Below, piece after piece: positions 12,016 through 26,432 of a stretch of 64,000 nucleotides of DNA; the stretch's first letter is position 1, and the number at the start of each line of letters is the position of its first letter. Both the position numbers and the translations under genes were made by a program. This DNA is from Octopus sinensis (taxonomy: Eukaryota). The notes beneath the pieces were generated by a model. The model saw nothing but the letters and a program-made list of their open reading frames with translations, was not told the origin of the DNA and ran no database searches. Where the stretch lies: positions 137,330,001 through 137,394,000 of the forward strand of contig NC_043000.1 of the NCBI RefSeq assembly GCF_006345805.1, read 5' to 3'.

Positions 12016-15000
12016 AAACTCAGGGTTGATTTTATTCTAAAGAGTGTGAATGTATGAAGTGAATTTTGTGTGAAGAAATATAAATATATTCGTTTTTGCA
12101 GTTATCTGTATGCATGTACGCAAAATTTTTGTGGATGTGTTGTTGCTTACAAATGCAAGTTTGTATTAAACACCTACTTCAGAATCTTATTTATAATGAT
12201 TCATAATAAAATTTAAGTTTATGTTACGTTGTATTCAATAAGAATATATGTATGCTTTTAAAAAAACAAATGACACTATAAATATTACATTTTCACTGAA
12301 TATTACTGTGAATATATGCACGTATGTATTTCGCGCGTATCCATTAAGTAATGTTTTCATTAAACTCTTAGTGTTACTAAGTATCGTAAATAAGTGCCAT
12401 TGAAATCAGGTTCAGATGCAAATGAGATTAGCGTTAGTTGTTAGAAGTTAAATCCAGCTGACGAGAATAATGTCGTCGGCAAAAGCTAAAACTAAAAATG
12501 TATAGTAATCACTATCACACGAAAAAATTAGAGATAAGCAATACTTTATAAGTCTTTATTAAATGTCAGTTATGATATCTTAAAAGATTACCAGCTAAAT
12601 ACAGAGTAATGAATGAAGCGGGTTTTTAAGAAAATGCAAGCACAGTATTTCGCTTCACTGTTTGTATAAACTCACAGACGAAGTTTTCAGTAAATTTAAC
12701 TTTACCTTAATACTGAGTCATTATCGTTGTATGTTCCATCGCTATTCTGAAATTTGTCTTCAAATAATAGCTTCAATTAAACACACACGTACACTCTGTC
12801 ACAAATATATATATACATATAAAGAAAACCTGCCTCATTATTACATCATTATTACTTGCTGAGACGCATCTCCTGAAAGAAAATAAGACACATAAAAGTA
12901 TCATTTCAGGGCAGAATATAGAAATGAATAAGAGAGAGAGAGAGAAAGTAAAGTAGAAGTGAACGCCATTTTAATAACGTTAGCTACTTAGTAATGGTAG
13001 TAAATAGGAAATAAAGCGATAAATAGCATTAAAAAAGAAAACCCACCTGAAATGTAAAAACCTCCCCAACCTGTTGCCTTGATGGAGTTGCGCTTAATGC
13101 AAGAAAGTTAATGATTTACTAATTATGAATATTGGAGATATAATATCGTAATGTCTGGCTTCATTGGGGGGCGTGAGGAAGTATTGGAGTTTTTGACTAA
13201 CTCACTTTTCACCAGGATCAATGATGTGCTAAAATCCAAGACAATAAACACAGGAAAGTCATGATGATCCATTTCCACTTCAACATAAATCTTGCACCTC
13301 TATAGGATTGAGAAATAATTTCAACCTAAAATACACATAACTTCTGAGAAGCGCACGAAGAAAAATATCGAGCATGTAAAGCATTTGATAATATGGATGT
13401 AATATTGAACGTACAAATTACTGTTTACTTTATTGTGCAGACAAATATCTATTTTCTTTGTTTTAATTATGTTTTACTACACGTTAACCTCCAGGAAGAT
13501 CAATCAAACTGATATTTAGAAGCTGAGCAATAATATTCCTTGTAAAAATAATAATAGCTGGTCTTTGTTGATAAAGTAAATATAGAATTCTTATAGTTAG
13601 CTTCCAGATACATTATTATGATTCTAAGACAAAATATGAATTATAAATGACGTAAATTTATTCCGGGGAAACTATTGCTGAAAACATTCTGGAATATTAA
13701 ATTTACTACAATTAGAATTAATAAAAGATGTAAATGAACATTAAATTTGCATTCCATAGAAATATATATTGACTTTAGGGGTCTTAACACCATTCAGCTC
13801 CGAATGCAGCAAACAAGTAAATTTAGAGGGAGGACATATGAGAGTAGTGTTTAAAATGTACTTAATTTTAATAATTGGTCATAATTTATATGCTCAATAT
13901 ATACTACTGACATTGATGGCAAAATATTATAAGAAAATAGACATAGAAGTAAATGGCTTATGAGACAGAGGCAAAATATTTCTTGGGATGTAGTTGAAGG
14001 ATACAATGCACCATGTCAGCTTTACATACTCACACACGGCAAAAGTCCGAATCGATGAGTTATCCATACAGACAGTGCTTTGCACACAGTGACTAGTTCA
14101 GATAAGCTCTTAACAAATTAATTTATTTCATTCTGTCAAAATCTACAGGCATAGAGGAGCATAATGTACAGGAGAGGGAGAGGGAGGGAGAGAGACAGAG
14201 AAAAATATGCTCGGGTTGTTACAATGTACTCTATACAATAAATAATTGGTCATTAAATTGCAAACTATAGTAGGGTATATCTGTAGTAGAGAATCTGGCA
14301 GCTTTTGGTTCAATCAGCTACCTACGAAATCTAAGGCGACTCGATCGTGGCTTTGCATGTGTTAAACAAAAATGGCAACAACACCCGCTCATTAAGTAAA
14401 TACAAATAAAGTCATGTTGTTTCACTAGAAACATTTCAACAAGTTCCCATAGAACAAATACACGGCTTTGTACAACTTAGTAGCTTCGAAACGAGGAGAA
14501 CAATATGTATTCTGATTGCAGAGATGACATAAGGAATTTTATGTAGCTTATCTGTGGAAGAGGCCGTGTATTATAAAGCTTGCCCTACAATCCTTTCACA
14601 TTTCATTCTTGCAAGAGTACATTGAAACACATTTACTCATAACATATATCAATTGCACATTAAGAATAATATGAGCATGTACATATACAAATAAACCTAC
14701 AAACATTCTCATGTTTTCGCAAACAGAAATATGTAAAGAATTGTATTCGTATCTAAGTATACATGTGCAAGTAGATGTCCGTGTTCAGCAGAATATTTCT
14801 GTAGAAATATTAATGTAATCTTCAGAAATAATTCGGTCACTTATAAGGGAATTTCTTCTTTGTTATTTTTGGTATCTTTATTTTCCTTCATCATGTTTTG
14901 TCTGGGTGTATTTAATGTATTTTTAGTGACTATTTAAAAAATCATAAATCATATGCTCAGCATATTTAGTCAACAATGGTGGTGAAATATTTGTCGTACT

Positions 15001-15368
15001 ATAAGATGACAGCACACTGTTGTCAACATAACATTAGATCGGGAAGAATTTGCTCGGCGAAACTTGTTTTCTCTAACCTGATTGCTTCGCTTCCTTTAAC
15101 GTCCAAAATAAATAATTAATTTCAAGGAAATTCTATCACTGTAACATAATTTACTTAACGATATTTTATGTTATATTCTGTCTTCAGTTGACACCAATAA
15201 ATTATGAGGCACACACACACTTTTTCACCACAATGCCGCATACATACATGCATACATACATACATAAATACATACATACGTACATACATATACATATGTA
15301 CATGCATTATATATATATGTATATATATGCGTATGTATATATATATATATATATACATATATACATAT

Positions 15369-15410
<42 letters not shown>

Positions 15411-17054
15411 GTCTTATGATACTGGTTAGATTTCTATATGCGCTTGTGTGTGTGAATATATGGAACATATGCTATTTTCTTTCTTATTGACATAAGTGTT
15501 AAAGTAAGTATATATTATTCATATAATTTTGTCATATTTATTTCAAGCTAAGTGTGATTATGTTTTCTTAAAAGCCCCACTCTTCTTACAATAGAAACAT
15601 TAATTGTGTGATATCGGTGTGACTGAAATATATCCGAAGACGTTAACACTTTATAGCAATAAAGAATTTATTAGAGATAAAACACCATATAACACACACT
15701 CTACACTCATATACATTTAATATCAATGATCGTGTGAAATTTGATGAGTTAAAGAAGTGTATCGATTCACAAATAATTTGAGAAATGCTTGTTAGATATA
15801 GGTGATATTTAATATCTTACTAAAGTTTGAATGATATGAGCAAATTAGTTTTTAAATTATCTGTATGAAAATCTTTCAAATATATCTCCTTATTTACCAC
15901 AGTGTTCCATGTGTCAAAATGTGTATCATTTATGCTTGAATACTGTTCTTTAGAGGGACAAGAAAATACACTAGTTTTTATATTCAGTAATACTATATCT
16001 TTATAACCTGCTTTAGGGTTTTCTTTTCATGTAGCTCATGATAAAATCTACAGAAAGCTAACTCGCATGTACACTAAATATACTCACACACCAAACACTT
16101 TTCCATCACCATTTTCTTTTCATGTTCAAATATTTAAATATTTATTTTCATTATGCTTTTACTATGAATATACAGAATCACTAACTTAAACAGTACTTGT
16201 CGAAAACTATCTTAATATTGTGTAAAATTTCCTTGGTGTGTAAACAAGATTTTCTTGCTTCCATAGTATTAAGTACCTGGTAAAAAACCTTTGCATGTAT
16301 GAATCATTTGTATAAATGATTAGGGCAACGATGAGTTGGTTATTTTAATTAACAGCTTTTGATAAAATTCCTTTATGAGTTTCTTTTATAGTCTGGATTT
16401 TTATAGCAATCATTGTTGAAAATAAAATTTAAAAAAATAGAAAATATAGTAGTATATGATTTATTGAATCATACCGATAAAATTATTATCTAATAATCTT
16501 TCACTGAAAGAGTCTAAGAAAATACAATAAGCAGTTTAAATTCATTAAGGAGAACTAGTGATAACAAATTAAAGACTCTGTCAGTATGCAATGGATTATA
16601 TAATTTACATTTAAAAAGAGGTACCGGATACATTTTATACATCAACAATTATATAGGAAATTCAAGTCTCAAATGGAAATTTATGAACTGTTAAAAGTGT
16701 ACTTATCCGAGAAACATTTCATATTCATCTAATTAAGTTATGAAAAATATTTTTCATCATATTTTTCCTCTTAAACTTGTTGAGCTTCCTCGTTGAGAAC
16801 ACGCATATGCAACATCAAACAAACAATATTTATAAAGGAGGTAAAATTCCAGTGGAAACAAAAACTGCGCTATTTTCCCAGTATTCCTACCTAAATGTAG
16901 CATACAAACAATTTACTTCATCGATGTTAACTTATTGCATACCTAAGTTTTTAATGCTCACATATTCTACATGGAGTATAAAACGAACCCCTAAGACGAA
17001 TCTGAATCAGAAACAAACTAGATTTGTTCAAATACTACAATTTAATATATGATG

Positions 17055-17275
17055 AGCGGCAGAATGCAGGGAGCTGGCAGAAGCGTTACCATACCGGAAA
17101 AATGCTTAGCGGCATTTCATCTGTCTTTACGCTCCGAGTTTAAATTACGCCGATGTCGTCTTCACTTTGTATCTTTTCAGGGTCGATAAATTAAGTACCA
17201 GTTGAGTAATAAAACCAACAAGACTTATCACCTCCTCGGAACTTGTTGCCCTTGTGCTAAATTTTGAAACCAATA
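17055..17275 (+). mobile_element. SINE family C, diverged
   Basis: GAGCTGGCAGAAGCGTT...AAATGCTTAGCGGCATTTC...GGGTCGATAAATTAAGTACCAG. Confidence 0.75.
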
Positions 17276-17469
17276 TTTGGTGAGCAGCAGAGAATAAAGC
17301 TGTAAATAAAACAAGACTGTGATGAGATTAACTCTTACTTAAAATCGTTCCTTTTGTTCACGGTAAAATTCTCTAACCTCATCTGAACAGCATAGATTAT
17401 AAAATGTTTTACAAGTATATAATCATGAATTCAAGTTCTCACATGTGTATATATATATGTGTTTGTGTG

Positions 17470-17539
<70 letters not shown>

Positions 17540-17579
17540 GTGCGTGTGTGTGTGCGTGCGTGTGTGTGTGTGTGCATGT

Positions 17580-17891
17580 GGAGGCGCAATGGACCAATGG
17601 TTAGGGCAGCGGACTCGCAGTCGCAGGATCGCGGTTTCGATTCCCAGACCGGGCGTTGTGAGTGTTTATTGAGCGAAAACACCTAAACCTCCATGAGGCT
17701 CCGGCAAGGGGGGGGGCGGTCCCCGCTGTACTCAATTTTCGCCACAACTTTCTGTCACTCTTTCTTGTGTTGGCCTGCTCGCTTAGCCAGCGGGGTGGCG
17801 GCATTTGAAGGCTAAGACAATGCGTAGCGCAATATGGCTAGCGATGTGTAGCAACATCTGATAGCCTGGTCGGTCACGGTGATCACGGTGA
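17580..17891 (+). mobile_element. SINE family B (tRNA-derived head), tail type 1
   Basis: A-box TGGACCAATGG, B-box GTTTCGATTCC, ends in TCACGGTGA repeats; head shared with 37931 and 57251. Confidence 0.8.
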
Positions 17892-18249
17892 TATATATAT
17901 GTAAATAAAGAATTAGTGTTAAACAGACTGTATCATAGAATCGGTGGTGTGCATGCTAATTGTTTTCTAACATTTAGTTGCACATTTTTACAATATGTTT
18001 TAAACCTCAGCAAGGATCGATATTACAATTCATTCTAGAAAATTCGATTAGGAAAATAATGCTTACATGTTATTATCTCAAATTAGAAACCTTTATTTAA
18101 TGTAAGAAGTTAACGATCCGAAAAAGAAATACTAGGGTAGGAAGAATATTTTGGTTCTCAAAGTTTTGGCTTTGAATTCTATCGAGAGCAATTACATATG
18201 TTTATGCACATTTATTCTTCTGTCTGTCTGAACATTTCTGTTATATTTT

Positions 18250-18496
18250 ATCTATTTCAGTCATTAGACTGCGGCCATGCTATGGCACCACCTTTAATTT
18301 TTAGCCGAATGTGCTCGTTTTTTAAGCCAGGTAAGTTATTTTATCGGTTTTCTTTACGTGAACGTGAACATACCAACAGCGGTTGTCCAGTGGTAATGGG
18401 GGGTCAAACATAGACATACACGCATACAATATATATATATATATATAAAATATTAGAAAAACCCACCTTTTATCAATTCTTTTTCCCTAAAAATAA

Positions 18497-18542
<46 letters not shown>

Positions 18543-18892
18543 TAGGTTATGGCTATATTGTTACATAAAATGACTTTCCAATATTCATGTCTACGTTGAT
18601 TTAGAAGCTTGTTCCAGAGTTATGGTTTCAAATGATTTTACTGTTGTATATCAATTCTTGCTTCTTTCTCATAAATTGTTCTTTTAGATTGCCATGGTTC
18701 ATGAGAAGTATTGGTGTCAAGAAAACCCAAAAGGTGTCGGGTAACGCTGAGTAAGTGCTATGGATAGACCATGGTTAAGCTCCAGGTTCGACAATAATAC
18801 GAATGAGGTGTCCAACGAGGGCCATGTATTAGCATGCATATACAAATTAACAGAATGAGATAAAAAAATCCAAGACTGTAAATAGTTTTCAG

Positions 18893-18939
<47 letters not shown>

Positions 18940-19020
18940 CGACGGGCTTTTTCACTTTCCGTCTACCAAGCTTACACACAAGGCTTTGGTCGGCGCTAGG
19001 CTATAGTAGGAGACACTTGA
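18250..19020 (-). mobile_element. SINE family A split by insertions in its internal (TA)n (3' body 18250-18420, head part 18938-19020)
   Basis: TTTCAGTCATTAGACTGCGGCCATGC and CGACGGGCTT...CAAGGCTTTGGTCGGC match the reverse complement of family A. Confidence 0.7.
18565..18710 (-). mobile_element. Inverted, diverged copy of the 5' region of the adjacent Penelope-like element
   Basis: Reverse complement matches about 19105-19240 (CTCTGGAACAAGCTTCTAAATCAACGTA; GAAAGAAGCAAGAATT). Confidence 0.75.
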
Positions 19021-19029
19021 CACAGTTTT

Positions 19030-21860
19030 CACCATTGCAGATAAACCTGTGAATAATATTCATACACTAGGTACTCTAACAATAAGAATGAACGACACAG
19101 GCTCTACTCATGAACCATGCCTATCTAAAAGAAAAATTTACAAGAAAGAAGCAAGAATTAATATACAACAGCAACATTTTTCGAAACCACAACTCTGGAA
19201 CAAGCTTCTAAATCAACGTAAACATGAATATTGAAAAAACATTCGATGTAAAAATACAGCCAAAACCTACCAAAATTGACGAAGCAAAGAAAAACCAATC
19301 CTTCCCAGAAAATTTCTTATTAAAGAAATAATAAGTGAAACACTTGAAAAAACGATGACACGTACAAACTTAGCTTTATTCCGACTGGAAGCGGAAATTT
19401 CTCTACTCTAATTGGGAAAAATACGACGCGAAGAGAGGGTCAAAACAACCGATGCATTTATGTTTGCTGAAATCGTCAAACGGAGTGACAAACAAAGTCA
19501 TGAAACATTACACATCAATTATGGAAAGAAGAAACTAAGCGGGAAGAAGAAAAATCCATAAAAACGTACGCTAAACAACAAGAATGCTTCACTAACTATT
19601 AAAAAAAACTATGGAGAAATATCGATTATGAAAACGAAAACAGAACAACAAAACATACAAGGAAATAAGAACAAAATGACACCAACACCAGAGGAACCGG
19701 ACTAAGGTATCGAACCTCTAGCTATCCAAGAACATATACAGCGATGACCTCCAGCTTGTCCAAAGTGCAGACTAGAAACTCATATTCTGCAATACCAAAA
19801 CATAACACTGCAATAAACAAACACATGGAATATAGAAGTCAACCATCAGCTCATAATGCTAAATACACTAGATGGATGAATACATGGGGAAAAGACAGGA
19901 AAGACAAGTAACATACACACAACTGTCGACCCATAATACCAAGTACCCTAAATGAATGACTGCATAGAAAGAAAGACGAATAAAATACGGACAACACAGA
20001 AACTGCAATATGAATAATCATGATGGAAACTCAAGAAACCCACGATTTATAACCAACGATCCCATGCATCCTGAATGGCCCAATAAACATAGAAGATGGA
20101 AAGAAGACAGAAAAGGTTGACAACGAAATACCTACAAAAAGCATGAAACATCTCCTCACCTACGAGGGAATCAGAACCCCGGAAAGAGAAAATGGAGACA
20201 GTAATACAATTCCTTTTTTAGGGAGAAAATACCACAATCACGCGCGAGACATGACACAACACAAAATTTTAATGAGCACACAACATATAGACCCAAAGAT
20301 CATAAATTTGTCAAATAGAAACCTTAAGAAGAATGATATGAATCTCTTATTGAAATGTTTCAAATTTATCCCGACACCCACACCTAATCGCATTGAACTA
20401 AATGCTGACATTGAGCAGAGCATTTTAACCGCCACCACCGACTTATAGAATTCTTCGGCAATAAGGATATAAACGACAAATCAATTGTCAAAAATAAATT
20501 CCACTTCTCCCGCTACAAGAGGAATGACAAACATTTAGACGCATATATAGCCGTTATTTTGAAATTTCCTCTAAGTACACGTAAGTGCAAACAAAATCTT
20601 CGTGAAGAGGAAAAGGAAGCCTTACTAAAACTGAAGAATGACAATTCACTCATCTTAAAAGAAGCGGATAAAGGAGGGGTGATAGGAATCATAGGCAAAT
20701 ACTACTATAAAGATAAAATGTTGGAAATTCTAACTGACCAAACTTATTACAAGGAAGAACCAAGACACCTGGAAAAAGTAATAATGAATAATATCAAAAC
20801 ACTAATTAATGAATACCTTCACAGACAAGGACAAATATTATTTATGCAACTTTGTAATCAAAGAGAGCAACTGCTACGGATTACCCAAAATCCACAAAAG
20901 CTCCGAAATACAGAGAAGAGTGAATGAGCAGAGGAGCCAATACATAAAAATACACACTTAACAGATACAGCAGACATATTTTACAAAAAAAAAAGAAAAA
21001 AAAACCGGACACGCAGCAATATTTGAATTTCTGTTGTTGCCATCCCTCACACATCAAAAGGAACATCCCATACAGCATGGCAAGACGTATCTGTACTATT
21101 GCGATTGACCCAAAATATGTCAAATCGGACTCAACGAGCTCAAAGGCTTCGTACCAAAACCGAAAGACCTCTTAGGATTAATAAATGATGGAATTAAAAA
21201 GGCAATGAATCTGAGCTTCACACAACTAAGGATACCGAAGGAAAAAAAGTCACTGAACACAAGATTCCATTTATTAATACACACAGTCCTGGGGTCGCCA
21301 ATATCTTTCACACCATAAAATTAAACCTACCTCTACTTCTACAATGCTCCAAAATGAAAAATCTGATTCATAAAAACCGCTTATGAAACAGCAGACGTTA
21401 ACCAAAAATCTCGAAAACATCTCATAAGAACAAAATTCACATCAGAGAATGAATCAAAATTCTCCGTAAAAGAAATTAGAGAAAGCAGGCGTAGAACATG
21501 CAACAACTTTCAACAGCATTAAATATTTAGAAGGTGGTTCCCACATAAAATTCAGGAGCGGATTCTCGTTCAAAGAAAACGCAGGTAAGAACAGCACGAC
21601 GTAGAATATTGTATTACTTGCCCCGACTGCAAGGAAAATTACATTGGTGAAACAAAAAATTCCCCCTACCAACGCGTAAGTATCCACCGACAACAAATGC
21701 AATAAAAGGAATTGCGCAAGATTCCACTGAGGAAGCATCTAGAAATATGTGGTGAAGAAAAGTTCAAAATGTTTCCCTTTCACAAATGTTCAAGAGATGA
21801 CACAAAGTTCCGAAAAGCAATGGAGCCACACTTCATCAAAACATTCTCTTAAAATTAAAT
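19030..21860 (+). mobile_element. Penelope-like retroelement, Neptune-like; decayed, RT core deleted
   Basis: IINLSNRNL..LLLKCFKFIPTP; NLREEEKEALLKLKNDNSLILKEADKGG; YGLPKIHK; DTQQYLNFCCCHPSHIKRNIPYSMARRICTI; GIY-YIG VEYCITCPDCKENYIGET (about 21600-21655). Confidence 0.88.
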
Positions 21861-22867
21861 GAATGCTATGTTGTTGTCTAACAATATTCACATACCATGT
21901 AAGGTTACATCAACGTACACTTGATGATTTTGGTGTCTGCCAAGAAAATTTCTTCATGATCATTTTACAACTTTAATGTTAATTTTTTAATAGTAATAAT
22001 GATGAATGAAGAGAAAACATTTATATTACAGTGTTACTGTTGTTTCTGAATGTGGCTCCGGTGTTAATAACATGATACTCATCTCTATAAATGATCAAAT
22101 ATATATGTATAACATTGGGATTTTGACAACTGTTGTTCGTATAGAGCTTACATACACCCGAGAAAGAATACTAGAACCACAGGTCAGGAAAGATATATAA
22201 TGTAGCTACTTGGCAAAGTAACTTGTGAAAAAGATCTCTTTTGAATTATCTTATCCAAGGAAGTAAACGAATAAAAAGAAATCCTACAATAGGATGAAAG
22301 ATACTCAACAATATATTTAAGCAGGCCTACTTTGTGATGTAATTTATGTCCTACAGATTGTCTTCCAGCTAAATATACAATATACATATAATTACAAAAC
22401 TCATTTATGATGTTTGGTTAAATGTACATAGAGAATAGATTAAACTATAAGCAGTACCGAACTCAAATAATTTTTTATATTATGACATTAATATCCTAAT
22501 TTAGGAATTTTGTACTAACATTTAATGTTTGTTCGTGCAAAACATGGAATTACACAGAATATGGGATTTGACTATACATGTGTAAAGGAATATACATTTT
22601 CATAGGACTCTGAACTTTAAAGGTTTTTTTTTTAATATTTCAGTGAGTACATCTTTCTCACCACCACTTGTGGGAAAATGTGTCTATTTACAAATATGTT
22701 GATAAGTATACAATGGGGAAGGAAAGAAGAGAAAAAGAAGAAAAGAAAGGAAAGAAAAATAAAAAAATGCTTTGTAATGAAATTTCAATGGGCTTACCAC
22801 TCAAACTAAAAAACACTACTCTCTCACTTACTCACGCACTCTTTTCCTCTCTACATATTTCTGTCTG

Positions 22868-22868
22868 A

Positions 22869-22962
<94 letters not shown>

Positions 22963-22967
22963 GTCTG

Positions 22968-23014
<47 letters not shown>

Positions 23015-23019
23015 GTCTG

Positions 23020-23062
<43 letters not shown>

Positions 23063-23089
23063 GTCTGTCTGTCTATCTATCTATCTATC
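22868..23089. repeat. (ATCT)n microsatellite
   Basis: Long tetranucleotide array; similar arrays at 23918-24148 and 24970-25014. Confidence 0.95.
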
Positions 23090-23450
23090 ATTTTTCAATC
23101 CTTTATTTTTTCCCTCTTTCTTGATTGTCCAGAAACCTCGTTCCGTCTATTTTTGTTCCCGTCTTTGCTTTTCCTTTCTTTTTTTTCTGCCTTCTTCCAA
23201 AAGCGGAAAAATAGTTTTCTCCGCTTCTAAATAAAGCAAAAAAGAAAAACCCATCCATTTCATATAAATGAACAACGAAACGTTCTGCCTTTACCATTTT
23301 GAGTTTGTCTTGACGAGTTCGATAAACGAACAAAAGCGCTAATAAAGAATTATACAAAATTCTGACTGTCTCCTTTTCCTCAATATACAATAACGGTACA
23401 CTACTTCAAACACTCTATGCTCGCACACACACAAACACACACACGCATGC

Positions 23451-23485
<35 letters not shown>

Positions 23486-23916
23486 ATATAATATATATAT
23501 ATATATATACACATACATACATATCTCTGTGTGTGTCTGCATGTTTCTATGTCTTTTTGTCTGTGTTTGTACCATAGTGTCACTCGACCACCAGTATTGG
23601 TGGTCTATGTCTCCGTAACGGTTCGGTAAAAAGGGAGCGATAGAATAAGTACTAAGCTTAGAGAAAAAATAATTAATACGACAAAAAATCCTCACTGACA
23701 ATGCTCTAGCGTGGCCGCAATCTAATCACTGAAACAAGTGAGAAAAAGAAAGATAAAAGAGAAACATATATATTCATTTATAAGTACAGTAATTCCTCGC
23801 CATATCGCGGTTCACCTATCGCTGTTCACCTATCGCGGTTTATTATTTAAGCTTACGCAGATTCTTACGTGGTGTTGTCTTGCATTTATAATAAAATAAA
23901 TATGTAGAAATTATAA

Positions 23917-23982
<66 letters not shown>

Positions 23983-24034
23983 CTATCTATCTATCTATCT
24001 GTCTGTCTATTATCTATCTATCTATCTATCTATC

Positions 24035-24065
<31 letters not shown>

Positions 24066-24070
24066 GTCTG

Positions 24071-24125
<55 letters not shown>

Positions 24126-24509
24126 GTCTGTCTATCTATCTATCTATCATTTTTCAATCCTTTATTTTTTCCCTCTTTCTTGATTGTCCAGAAACCTCGT
24201 TCCGTCTATTTTTGTTCCCGTCTTTGCTTTTCCTTTCTTTTTTTTCTGCCTTCTTCCAAAAGCGGAAAAATAGTTTTCTCCGCTTCTAATAAAGCAAAAA
24301 AGAAAAACCCATCCATTTCATATAATGAACAACGAAACGTTCTGCCTTTACCATTTTGAGTTTGTCTTGACGAGTTCGATAAACGAACAAAAGCGCTAAT
24401 AAAGAATTATACAAAATTCTGACTGTCTCCTTTTCCTCAATATACAATAACGGTACACTACTTCAAACACTCTATGCTCGCACACACACAAACACACACA
24501 CACGCATGC

Positions 24510-24567
<58 letters not shown>

Positions 24568-24968
24568 CATACATATCTCTGTGTGTGTCTGCATGTTTCT
24601 ATGTCTTTTTGTCTGTGTTTGTACCATAGTGTCACTCGACCACCAGTATTGGTGGTCTATGTCTCCGTAACGGTTCGGTAAAAAGGGAGCGATAGAATAA
24701 GTACTAAGCTTAGAGAAAAAATAATTAATACGACAAAAAATCCTCACTGACAATGCTCTAGCGTGGCCGCAATCTAATCACTGAAACAAGTGAGAAAAAG
24801 AAAGATAAAAGAGAAACATATATATTCATTTATAAGTACAGTAATTCCTCGCCATATCGCGGTTCACCTATCGCTGTTCACCTATCGCGGTTTATTATTT
24901 AAGCTTACGCAGATTCCTACGTGGTGTTGTCTTGCATTTATAATAAAATAACTATGTAGAAATTATAA

Positions 24969-24970
<2 letters not shown>
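23090..24970. repeat. Near-identical tandem duplication of about 830 bp (23090-23918 and 24149-24970) separated by (ATCT)n
   Basis: Units differ only by a few single-base indels or substitutions and by microsatellite length; each holds a SINE A 3' body and a MITE left end. Confidence 0.9.
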
Positions 24971-25013
<43 letters not shown>

Positions 25014-25103
25014 GTACGGAACACTACTGTTTCTACTTCACGGATTTGCGCATATCGCGGGGTATTTTGGAACTTAATACCCACAATAGTTGAGAGATTA
25101 TTG
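24839..25103. mobile_element. pogo/Tigger-like MITE
   Basis: TA|CAGTAATTCCTCGCCATATCGCGG left end; diverged right end GAGAGATTATTG|TA; internal TATCGCGG subrepeats. Confidence 0.65.
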
Positions 25104-26145
25104 TAAATATATATGAATGTGGCATATGTATATGTGAAATCACAAAAATTTCTACATAGATGAGATAAATGCACATATACACACATACACATATAAATAT
25201 ATGTATTTATGTGTATGCGCGCGCGTGTGCTTGTCCTAAATTAAAACAAACAACAAACAAGCGAAAACCCCAAAAAATCTACGGTGCTCCGATTTTACTT
25301 TGTCGGAGTTCTTTTCGTTTCATATTTTCCTAAGTGTTCCTTGCAGTTTGTTCTGAACATGAAAGCTTACAAAACCATTATCATTACTTTTGATGTATGT
25401 GTATGTGTATCTATTTGTCTGTGTGTATATGAATGTATATGTGTATATGTATGTATATACGCAGATGAATATACCCATATATGTACACACACACATAGAT
25501 GCCTGTGCGTGCATGTACATATATATATATATATATGTAAATATATATGTATATATACGTATGTATACCTATACACTCACTCTATTACACGCACGTATGC
25601 ATATATGTGTGAATGCATAGGCTTACAAGGAGAGAGAGAGGGAGAGAGAGAGAGACAAGGAGACAGAGTGACAGAGAGGAGTGGGTTAGACAGAGACAAA
25701 GCGAAAGAAAGAACTCTTTCACATTAATATGAACATAAATACAGACACGCTGATTAAAGCCTTTATCGTTCGTAAACTTTAAATAATAAACAAACAAACG
25801 TTATCTTGAAAGATTAATTTTTTTTTTTTTTTTTTTTTGTTTTTGTCTGTGAACCTACTAAGTGCAATGTTGATTATTGTATTGTAATGCACACAAGTTC
25901 GAAGATTGTTGACAGCACTTAATGATTTTAATCAGTAATAAACGAGGCAAGAAACAAACAGATAGCGTGTAACGAATAATCGTAATTGTAGGTGTGTGAC
26001 TTTGGTCAGTTGGTTGAAGAGGCAAACAGACCGCCCTTGTCATTATTCAACATAATATAAGATGGAGGAATAAAATGGATGATGGCACCTGAGAGAACAC
26101 TTCGAGCAGCGGAAGCGTCTGCGCCTGCTTGAGAGCATAAGAGCG

Positions 26146-26188
<43 letters not shown>

Positions 26189-26371
26189 ATATATTTATCT
26201 GCATATTTATATATGTGTGTATGTAGGAGTTTGTTCGTGCCTATAAGAATGTATGTACTTATGTATGTATCTACATATAGACATACGAGTGCGCACATCT
26301 ATCTATCTATCTATCTCTATATATATATATATACATGTATCTATCAATCAAGCTATATGTATATACACACA

Positions 26372-26432
<61 letters not shown>

